A DNA stretch of 61,936 nt, the filler included, from Sluysia triapertura (taxonomy: Eukaryota), in NCBI GenBank assembly GCA_046118255.1. It is 5 parts of 5 records of this genome, joined end to end, with 100 filler letters (N's around TTAATTAATTAA, not from the genome) between each part and the next. Parts side by side here need not be neighbours in the genome. Positions count along the whole stretch, not along the records: positions 50,475 to 61,936 come from JBJNIA010184490.1; 4 more parts are not named here. The stretch is one strand, 5' to 3'. A program made the translations under genes and the position numbers. Shown here one piece after another: positions 51,251-61,936 of the stretch (its first letter is position 1; every line of letters starts with the position of its first letter). The notes below the pieces were generated by a model. It saw only the letters and a program-made list of their open reading frames with translations, did not search any database and was not told the origin of the DNA.

Positions 51251-53467
51251 ATTTCGAACAATATCGGTAAGCATTAATTAAGCATTCTCTATTAGTAATG
51301 AAATGAACTCGGCCTAATATGAGTTAAGATAAATTGGCCTATAATGTGTCATCATTGGATGGCCTAAATGATACTGTTCTACTTTTTCTAAGTTTGAACA
51401 ATTATGATGCAAAAGGGGTTCGCCTGTGTAATTAGGTTTATCTTTCGAAAAGGATGTTTCCACAGGAATAGTCAGTTCTACGAAAAAAACGTAACTCTTA
51501 ATGTGTAATAATTAATAAGGGTCTTTTATTGAATTATTTCTTATCAATCTTGTCTTTTATTATCTTTTAAAATTTTATTCTACGTTATTCTCCGTTGGGT
51601 ATTTTAGAATCAATTTAAAGAGAATTTAATTTACTCTACTAAACCTTCTAATTTATGTTAATTTCTTGATTTCGAATAAATCTTTCTTTTTAGCTAAGAT
51701 TGACACAAAAGACGTAATAATTTTTTTATTAATCAAATACCAAAAATTCTTTAGACAAAATATAAAATAATAATATAAAAATTAGCAAAAATAAATTTTA
51801 GTTCGGATTTTGATCCAGACGAATGCTTGGATTTGTTAATAAATGTTATTTTATTAAGATTTTGATGCAGAAATTATTAGTGCTTAGACTTACATAAAAC
51901 TAGCTTACTTATTATTCATCACAATTTGTTTAATTAGAATAATAGTAGCGTCTTAATGGGTTTCGGATAGATATCTCCACAAAAGGCAACGTCCTGATAA
52001 ACTCCAGATATATATTGCAGAATGTGTAAGCAGGAATTCTTTGAAACTGCGTGAAGTTTATTCAGAATATTGATTGTAAAAATCGACTATGTAACTTCCA
52101 AAATAGTGTGTGGAATTTCCAGAATCTAATCTTCACGATAAAGTTTTGTTTTTTAGCACATTAAAAATTGATCTAAGCGTTCTTATCCTATTTATATGAA
52201 AGTTGAATAGACTATTTACATAAATTATTTGCATAAAATAACAATATAAAATAATGTTTCGATTACTAATGTTTTTACATATTAATAATTTTTATACATT
52301 ATTAATATTTATACAATTCATTTGTGATATTTGTAATTTTTTAATTTTAAATTTACTTTCTAATTTTACAATATAAATTATTTTTTATAATTGCTATCAA
52401 TTTATTTATTAATTTATTTATCAATTTATTTATTAATTTATTTATCAATTTATTTATTAATTACATAAACAATTTGCACGTAAAAACATTTACAATTTCT
52501 ACAATACAAAATTAAACGATTTAATTAAAGCTTTCACAAATGTTTCTGTTGTATCATCAAAATTTTTCAGTGCAACAAAATTTAATTCAACTTCTAATGA
52601 ACCTCTTCTTTAAACATATTAAATGCATCCATCAATCTTTTTCGTAACAAAAATATTCCCTTAAATTTAAAACAATAATTTTTATTTTAATTTTATTCTT
52701 AAATTCTTCAAATGTAAATTTAAATGTATTAAGTGCATGGATGTAATGTAGTATGTAGTATGTAGTATGTAATGTAATTTCTTGTTGTTGCTTACAATGA
52801 TACTAATGGTGAATAGTAAAATTGCATGAAATGTAGTGTGTCTGAGATGAGGGATAGCATGATTTAATGCGCACCACAACCTTTAACGAGTAACGCTCTG
52901 TATTAAGTGGTTTAGTAAGATTTATACCAAAGAATCGATTATCTAAAAACATGTAGTTACAATATGAGTTTGTCGAATTAAGGCTGTAATTTGAAATAAT
53001 TTAAACTGGAGATTTGTTTTATGATTCTTGGGCTAATTGAGTGATGTGGAATTAACAGAATTGTGTACTATGAATTGAGCAACAGATTTATTAAAAATTC
53101 GCAAATGTTCTGCCAATGTTAATTCGTATTAATTTTGTTTTAATGGAAAATTTCGGTAAATCCAAATTATAAGCCAGATAATTCTTTAGTAGATATAGAA
53201 CTTGAAAAGAATTTTTACATTTATAGACCATTTTTATTATGTAATATTTCTAGTATTGATATACATATCACTGTGCATACTTGGATATATTATATAATGA
53301 ATTGTCCCTACTGTACAATACGTTTTTACCAAATTTTAGTTTATCTAATTTAGTTTATCTAATGGATTTGGCTATAATACGATTTAATATAATTTATTAT
53401 ATTAAATTTTTATGTAACCACATAATCTTCTATAATGGGGAATTGTTCACAGTTCCATTATTTTTTC

Positions 53468-53513
<46 letters not shown>

Positions 53514-54387
53514 TTATATTTAAATAATCTTTAATATTTTACTAAATATATAGACATTTAAAACAAAATCAATTGCAAATTAGTAAATAATTTAATTACT
53601 AATTATTTTAAAATGTTTAGTTTACAATCAATTAAAAATAATTAAATCGGTTCCAGCAAATGTATAGCCAATTCAAATAAAAAACTACAGCAAATTAGAG
53701 ATAACAAAAGAAATAATACAAATATTAATATTTTATTTGTTTGAAAAATGTTAAATTATTTATTAAATTATTATAAGTCGGAAAGTATTATATTATTATT
53801 ATTATTATTAACTTTTCTAAAACTATAAAAATAAAGAACTTTTTGTTATAAAGAATTCATACATTAATCATGTTATTTCATACAAAACTGTGGTAAAAAG
53901 TACTTCAATCGAAATGAAACTGTTGACATTCACTGTTACTTCATTTCAATTAAATATTCAGTTTAACCTTTTATTTACTATTATTTTTATTGTCTCTTTC
54001 TATTACAATTATTCAATTTATATAATGATTAATTTATAAAATAAATAAAATAACTATATTAAATTATAATTATATAATTTTAATTAAATTGATCTTAATT
54101 TATGAATGTATTTGCTTTAATGTAACAAAAAAATAGCTTGCAACGAAAAATATATTTACTGACAAATAAATCCATCTTTTCTCTTCGTCATTACAATGTA
54201 CAAAATAGATAACACGCACACAAAGTTTCATAAATGTTAGTACACAAACTCACATAAATCTAACTACATTATTTATTGATTATTTGCTTATTTTTATTTA
54301 AAATGTCAATGTGAAATTAAATTAATAATATTATGTTAAAAATACATCAAAAAACCAGTTAATTAAATTTGAAAGATAAACAAACAT

Positions 54388-54440
<53 letters not shown>

Positions 54441-54449
54441 TTTTTTAAG

Positions 54450-54612
54450 GGTATGGTTTATTTACAAGATGGTATTGGTTACCATGGAAATCTGAAAAGT
54501 TCAAATTGTTTAGTCGATTCAAGGTTTGTGTTGAAAATAACAGATTTTGGATTACCAGCATTTCGGAAAATTAATTTCGATGTACCTCGAAACGATTTTC
54601 AGTTTTATAAAA
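54450..54612 (+). CDS. Receptor guanylate cyclase (NPR-like) kinase-homology-domain exon
   Basis: AAG|[35 protein letters not shown]...FYK|GTAAAT; HGNLKSSNC is the KHD signature lacking the catalytic Asp. Confidence 0.95.
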
Positions 54613-56542
54613 GTAAATCTTATTTTTATTTCAAAATTAATGTTTAAGTATAAGTATTAGTTTAAAAAAGGTATTAGTTTACTGTTCAGAACATTGAAAG
54701 TTATAAAGCCCTCATAAAGTCTGGCAACACAGTTTAATTCTAATACAATTTTATAATACTTTATCTATTAAAAATAATACTTTTATAATACTTCGGTCAC
54801 AAAAATTAAATTACGCTGTTATGTGTATTTTGTTGGTCTACTATAGAACATTTTTTTAAGGAACCTATATACCATATTATAGAAATAATTTCCATTTAAT
54901 ACTTTCGTAGTTTAATTAAGTAAAACTGTGAAATCAAAATTAAAAATTGCTAAAATAATAATTGTTTTCGTCACACAATAGATATAAATTATAAATTTGT
55001 AAAATTAATATTTTAAACAATAATTACTAAATAGCTTATTAACTTAATATATTACAATTGAACTATTTATAAGTCTGTATATTAATTAAAGGTTTATGTT
55101 TGTTTTAATATTTTAAAATTAAATTCTTTTATATAAATTCTTTTACATTGCTTTATATATGAACGTATTGTGACAGTAGCTGTAGTTTAACTGATATTTA
55201 ATTTGATGTCAAACAAATATCACTATACGATTTAATCTTCACATAATTGCGTAATAAATTAATTGTTTTTCGATGTAACCAATAGAATTTCGGTAAAACA
55301 TTTGCTGTCAACTTAATTAACTGACATATATAAATGAATTATATTTTTATGTACAATGGACAAATGATTTAGTTATATTTTCTAATAAAGCTAAGCCCAT
55401 AAAATAGTTTATTTCTTAACAATGGGATGAAGTTTTGTATATTTTCAAATAAAAAGTAACTCAATAAAATACTCAAAACTTTTGTAGTAAATTAGAAATT
55501 ATACAAAAGAAAAAAATTGTTTCTTAAACTTACTTGAAAATGATGAAACTAGGTTGTTATCGCAACTCTCTTAAATCATTAAATTTTTTAACACTTATTT
55601 TCGAAAAAAGAAAATACTACTTACTAAAAAAGAAATAAAAAATTTTAGAATTTTCGATCAATTTTCATTGGTTGATATCAATCTAATTTTGGACAAAATA
55701 TTTGTATTTAACTTACTTAAAAACAATGACAATAGGTCGTTTTAGTCTAATTTGACAAGTATCTTTACAATTAACTTAAACTAACATAAAGACAGAACAT
55801 GTTAAAACAGTTGTCCAATATTAATATTCTTGTCACTTTCTTGCAATTAAATTACACTGCAAGTCGCGCTAAAATTTTTTCGCGTTCGAGAATTTCTGTT
55901 AAACAATAATCAAAATTAAGCATCTTTAAAATCTGATTTGTACAATCTATTTGATTGTAATAGTGTTTTTGAAACAAAGTCTTCCAAATAAATACTATAA
56001 ATAATTTTTGACGAACAATTATGTTAAAAAATGTGCTAAATATTTGTACAAAAACTATATTATCTTTAATTTCCTTTTTTGTGTTAAATTAATTGTGTAT
56101 GAAGCTGATGTAAAGCATCACGCAATAGTTACAAATAATATATTTAGTAGGTGTGAAAGACAAGAATTATTATTGATTATTATTATGCTATCAAAGTTAT
56201 TATTATTACATCTATTTATTATTTATTATCAATTACTATATTAATTATAATATAGTAATAACTATATTATTAATAAAAATTAAATATTATTAATTATTAA
56301 TTATTGTTTATTGCAGTAATAAAAGAATGTCATTACTTTATGAAACTTAAACTTATTTGTTTCAAATTATGCGTAGTATTTAAAGATTATTAATATTAAT
56401 AACTTTTACTTGCTTTAAAACTATTTGTAAATCTCAATCAAAATAATATATTCTATCAAAAATTAATAATTCTTACTCATTCTAAAATTATTAGCAGACT
56501 TTAGTTAAATCAAACCTTTATTCTTAACTTTTAAAATTATTA

Positions 56543-57362
56543 ATCACAACCATCTAAAATCAAATAAGACTTATTTATAAGTCTTTTGAAACATTTAAAT
56601 TCACTTTAAAAATGTTTATTTTCCAACAAAGGAAAATAAAATTTCTAAAAAAGAAAACTCGCTTCCATCGATTCCCATTGGCTGATAGCTAGTATATAAA
56701 TTAGTATCAATTTAATGAGAATTTCCATTTTGAAAATTTTTAGTACTGTCCACAATATTAAAAAATTATTAATCTCGATTTTCATTCAATTCTAGTCGCC
56801 ATTGTGTGAATTTTACCTTATTGATTTATGGGACATTTAAAATTTTATTTAATTCTGGTGATATATTGGTTTAGAAGCTGTGTATGTTTCATGTTCTCCA
56901 TAAGTTATTTTATTAAGGTAGGTACTAATAGTAAAATCCATTCAAATATTTTTATTTAATATTTATAAAGCTTCCCGATATAGTGATGGTTAAAATCCAC
57001 GAAATACCTTTGGTGCGTTTAATTTTAATACTTTATTACTACTTTGTCTCTACTCTACTCTGTCCTTATTTAATAATCCAATATCGTTAATTTATTATTA
57101 AAAATGTGTTTTAATATAAATTGTGAATTTATTAGTTTTTAGTTTAGATTTTAATAAACACATTAAGTAAGCATTAAGCAAAGACTCTCAATAGTTTGTC
57201 TAATCATCAAATTGATTAGTTAAATCCAAATTTTAAGATTAAAGTTAAAGCATTTTTTGACAATTATTAACTTATCAAGTTACAGGAACACTGAAATTCG
57301 TTTGCTGTAACCGAATTCTGCTCAGAAATATTTTTCCGCAGGTTAAGTGTTAGAAATTCAGA
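56543..57362 (+). mobile_element. LTR-like family B copy in the guanylate cyclase intron
   Basis: TTCCATCGATTCCCATTGGCTGAT..TATATAAA core and GTTTGCTGTAACCGAATTCTGCTCA end block; another start fragment at 55555. Confidence 0.65.
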
Positions 57363-58834
57363 CTTCTTTAATACTTTGCTCAATAAATTCAATATAAGCT
57401 GTCTCTATCTGAAAAATCGTAGTTCTTACTCGTATCTGATGTAAGAGATGGAAGTTGAATTAGAAGTCAAAGTCTCATAAAATGATAATGTTTTGAGAGT
57501 TAAATCTTTAAATAATTTAACTCTAATGTAATACTAAAATAATTCAGTATTGCAAAATATTTTTAACTCAGTACATTGTACTTATTTTGAAACAATGTGG
57601 TCCAAATGATTTTCAAATTCCAATAAAATTGTTATTAAATAATTCATCCATATCTTCAAGCAATAATTCGTCCAGTATTATAATTGTCAATTAGAGTTAT
57701 TTTCTCTCCGCGTGTTTTGCTATGAAAAATACCTTCTTATATAGTGCATTTCATGGATACTGTACTTTAGCCAAAAAAATTCATTTATTTTCTATAAAAT
57801 AATTCTTCAAGATCAATTTCTTATGATTGTTTCTGTATTACAATATAATCCTTTAGTTTTACTATGTATACGTTTACGTTTCTCATGTCATTGTTAATTT
57901 CTTTTCGTGATATACTTTTGGTTATTGATAATTTCTATAATATAATTCCATTCTACATTCTACGATATACATATACCTTTAAAATGATCGAACGAATGCC
58001 AAACGGTTTGTATTAAATGATACAAAATTTTGTTCTTTATTGGATTGATAAAATTAATTCATTAAAACAAAAATTTTTAAAATATTTATTTTGCTTAAAG
58101 ATATTTATTAATTTTAAATTAATTTTTTATTTAAATTAATTTTTAATTTTTAATTTTTTAATTTTTATTTTTTGTAAATTGCATAATAATAATATTAAAA
58201 TTTTTGTAAAAATATAATAATAATAAAATAATTTGTAAAAATATAATAATAAAATAATAAATAAAATACAAACAAAACATAATGTTAAAAATGTTAATTA
58301 AATGTTAAATCTAACAGTATATGTATGGGTGAACTTTTATATTGCACTTTTAAATCAGTGAATGTATCATACATCTATAACTAGTTTTATTTTACAAGTA
58401 CATCTTTTATATTTTGACATTATTTTGTATTTAGTCATTTATTAAAATTAGGTACAAACTAACTGTACCATATACATAGCATCTAAACGTATCAAGGTTT
58501 GATAAATAAACAAAGTTTAATGTAAATTTATTTGTTTACACACAAAATTAAATGTCATTATAAAATGGTAAATTATAAGTACAATTTAAAGTACAATTCG
58601 TTTAGTGCTACAACATTCAATTGCAAATCCTTCAAAAGAAATCACCAAATTATAAGTAGGATTTATAGAATCAATAAATGCTGTAAAAATTTAAGCTTTG
58701 ATTATGTTTTTTTTCAAATGTTTTATTAGTACTCATTTCTATGGAGTTTCTCAATTGATAACTTATTTAAATAAGCAATGAGAATTATTAAAATTTAAAA
58801 ATTTTCGGATAAATTCATTTTAATAAAGTAGAAA

Positions 58835-59055
58835 AATTATTTAAATTAAATTATTAAATTATTATTTAAATTATTAAATTAATTATTATTTAAATTACTT
58901 AAATTATTAAATTAATTATTATTTAAATTATTAAATTAATTATTATTAAATTGATTGTTATTTAAATTATTAATTTAATTATTTAAATTAAATTATTATT
59001 TAAATTACTTAAATTATTAAATTAATTATTATTTAAATTATTAAATTATTATTAG
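58835..59055. repeat. A/T minisatellite (TTAAATTA variants)
   Basis: About 220 bp of TTAAATTATT/AATTATT units. Confidence 0.85.
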
Positions 59056-59113
59056 GTTTTAAATTATTTAACTTTCTTTAATGTTTCCCTTATAAATTAC
59101 AAATTATAATTAG

Positions 59114-59315
59114 ATAAATTGTGGACTGCACCAGAATTACTACGTGACCCTAACCTTCTGCCTGCAGCACTCGCCAAAGCCGATGTGTACAGCTTCGCCA
59201 TTGTTTGCCAAGAAATTATATATCGATCTGGTGTGTTTTATATATCAGAAGTTGATATAATTAATCCAGATGTGGTAGTTAATCGAGTACGTGATGGACA
59301 ACAACCATATTTCAG
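59114..59315 (+). CDS. Receptor guanylate cyclase KHD exon (next exon)
   Basis: TAG|AT phase-1 acceptor matches the previous donor; KLWTAPELLR..KADVYSFAIVCQEIIYRSGVF..QPYFR; the donor AG|GTTATT is less certain. Confidence 0.93.
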
Positions 59316-59355
59316 GTTATTTAATTAAATAAATTGTAAAATAAAATGTATATTT

Positions 59356-59937
59356 TGTTACAACCCTCTAAACTCATCAAAAATTAATAATAAATATCAT
59401 TTAAAATTGTTAATTTTCTAAAAAAAAAGAAATCGAAAATTTTATAACTTTCGAGAAAATTCCATCAATTCCTATTGGCCAATAACTAGTATCTAATTAC
59501 AGTCACAATTTTTGTAAATTTTTCTATTAAATCTGTATGCAATTTTTTGTAATTTTAGAATTGATCACAATGATGATTTTTTAAGAGTAAAATCTTAAAA
59601 TCCAGATAAACTAAATTTTGTAACTCATTTTAAATCCCGATGTAGTGAAGGAAAAATAAATTTTTAAAATATTTGTTAAAAAGGCTTTAATTTTAAAATA
59701 TTAATTTGTTATTCTTGCTAAACTTTAGATCTTGCTATTGTTGTTTATTAATAAAATTTCATTTTAATTACGTTTTGTTGATTAATTCAAGATATATTTA
59801 CTAAATTAATTTGATAGGAGTTAAGACCCTCTAATTAAATATATTAATAAATGTAAAGACAAATTAGTTGTTTACTGTAATCGAATCCTGCTCAAATTTT
59901 ACTTTGCTGCAGGTTAAGAGTTAAGAAAACCACAGGA
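59356..59937 (+). mobile_element. LTR-like family B copy
   Basis: TGTTACAACCC start, TTCCATCAATTCCTATTGGCC core, GTTTACTGTAATCGAATCCTGCTCA end block. Confidence 0.6.
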
Positions 59938-60824
59938 ATGCATTAAATTATAAATTTTCAAAATAATTTCGTAAATATATTTTAGACGAAAACTAATAAC
60001 TAAAAGTAATGAACGAATCATATTTTAGAAATTCACACCAATTTTGAATTCTTTTACTACATGTTTCGTAAAAAAGCAATCCCTTTACTACAAAATATTA
60101 TCTCGAACAAAACCTTATTTTCGAGAAGTCATTTGAAAAATAAAGTATAATGATGAATACGTAAGAATATATTCGTGGCCTGTTTCGAAAAATATATTAA
60201 ATATTGATGTAATATCTTTTCAGATATTGATTTCATTTTCTATCCCATTAGATTAGAAACTACCAATTTTATAAGTAGTATTTTAATGACATCTTTTACA
60301 ATTAAAAATTATTCGTGTTCTGACTTTTTCGATCAAATAAATCTTTGATTAATCTACGTTTTTGCTTAAATTTTCTTAATGTGACAATTACATTAATCAA
60401 ATAATTGTACAATAGAATTTGATGATAAAAATTCTGTCCTGTTTATAACTTGTACACAAAAAAGATTAAAACAATGTGTATGCACAAAGTAAATATTCGT
60501 GACATTTTCAAATATTTTCTAGAATTTGAGTGGTTAATGATGTACTTTTCAACATTAATTTATTACAAATAAAGTATTTATAATTATTTTAAAAGACTAA
60601 TAGTTACAAATTTATTTATTTATTATATACAAAATATATTATATATTTACCGAACAAAATCAAACTGTACAGGTTTTGTAATTTTCATTTGTTCTATAAA
60701 AACTCGAAAAATTAAATTAAAAAATACAATTTTATAAACTTAAGAAACAAAGCATTTTATTATGTCACCATGTGATTGGATTAATATGCTGTTATTATTA
60801 TTATTATTAATATTATTATTATTA

Positions 60825-60878
<54 letters not shown>

Positions 60879-61174
60879 GTAAAAACAAACTTGGATTTTG
60901 ACGATTCAAGATGATTCAAAGTTTATGAATATAAACTTTGATATTTACTTAACATTTAATTGATTTTTAAAAAAATGTTTCTAATTTATTTTGAACAAAT
61001 TTTATTCGGACTATATTTATTATTATGTGTAAGTGATATTTAATTGTTATATTTTTAATTATTTGTTAATTTTAATCTATTTTATTATTATTTGTTAAAT
61101 TATTTAATTATTATTTGTTTTATTAAATTTAACAAGGTCAAGCCTAAATTAATATAAATGTTGTAGATCTTGGG

Positions 61175-61445
61175 TTTACATTTGACAAAATTTTCAACCA
61201 CGATTGAACTAGTATTATTGGCTTAATTTTGTTCCAAGATTTAGTAGCTCCATATATTGCATCCAACATTGTCATTTTTTTACCCTAAATTCATTAAATC
61301 GTCATTCTCACTGCAAAAGCTTCTAAGGAGTTCATTGCGATAGTGACGTTTCATTAAAGAGATAATTATGCATTTTCTAAATATTATCCACGGATAATCC
61401 GCTCAAGGATAGTCGTGAGTTTACTTAATATTACAACTTTAAAAT
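61175..61445 (-). pseudogene. pogo/Tigger DDE transposase C-terminal remnant
   Basis: MKRHYRNELL...MTMLDAIYE..KSWNKIKP..LVQSWLKIL across a frameshift. Confidence 0.7.
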
Positions 61446-61845
61446 CAGTACCTCTTTTGAAGTAGTGAAAATTTTCTACTAATAATTATATAATCTTAAA
61501 ACAATTTACAACTAAATCTGCATTCAAGGATGCTGACAAAATCATCGGAACAGCTACTGATGAAAAGAAATAGGAAGTATTCTCTCATTTTCGTAAAACA
61601 ATCACAAATCAAATATATTTTGGTCTTTGTTCTTGCTAATATGGAAAAAATGCAAAGGTGAACTGTTCATTCTTCAAGTTCTTGAGCAATGAAATATGGT
61701 TTCCTTCTTCAAAGTGTTTAGATTTTGTGAATTTCGGTGTATTGTTGAAATCTGAGTTATGTCTAAAAGAGGTGTAGATTTAAAAATAATATTAATGAAG
61801 TCATAGCGTGAAATTCTGTTTCTTTTTAATTTTATTGTTCTAGAC

Positions 61846-61936
61846 CAGCCATGTCCAACTGCGGCCCGATTGCGATTTTTGTGCGGCCCGATAACAAAAA
61901 AAGGAAATCACACAAATTAATATTTAAATTTTAATA
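61846..61936 (+). mobile_element. hAT (Charlie-type) element terminus
   Basis: 8-bp target TTCTAGAC (NTCTAGAN preference), then CAGCCATGTCCAAC and two GCGGCCCG subterminal motifs. Confidence 0.75.

Noticed and set aside
52500-52740. RRGSLEVELNF on the minus strand as a Maverick capsid C-terminus
   Set aside because: Only a few matching residues, multiple stops, and no PolB, packaging ATPase or TIR nearby.
19302-59315. CAP exon 1 spliced to guanylate cyclase exons as a novel receptor
   Set aside because: Separated by three spacers and another gene's stop codon, with no linking exons.

Overview
Very AT-rich eukaryotic (animal) genomic DNA dominated by decayed mobile elements; not prokaryotic, and no rRNA, tRNA or CRISPR was recognised. 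Four N44-TTAATTAATTAA-N44 spacers cut it into five blocks of about 11-15 kb that may be unrelated contigs. Host genes appear only as isolated exons: a CAP/SCP exon 1 (19302-19490), terminal exons of a C2H2 zinc-finger gene (45896-46892) and two phase-compatible kinase-homology-domain exons of a receptor guanylate cyclase (54450-54612, 59114-59315). Mobile DNA includes a degenerate Ty3/Gypsy pol (minus strand, 78-4970), two multi-copy LTR-like families, pogo-type and piggyBac-type MITEs, pogo transposase remnants, an L2/Crack-type LINE tail and a hAT end. Two things stand out. (1) The Gypsy pol frame runs past integrase into a second aspartic protease and then an env-like, multi-hydrophobic extension. 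(2) Several intronless cargo cassettes share one upstream architecture (C/A-skewed leader, 19-20 bp hairpin or short direct repeat, paired ATTGG-N4-CCAAT palindromes) and carry either members of one divergent unknown protein family (weakly MSV199-like) or a captured EFA6-type Sec7 domain; a possible BIR/RING remnant is also present. These may be pieces of a giant cargo-carrying retroelement or endogenous virus. All homology calls were made by eye, and repeat boundaries without a quoted terminus are approximate.
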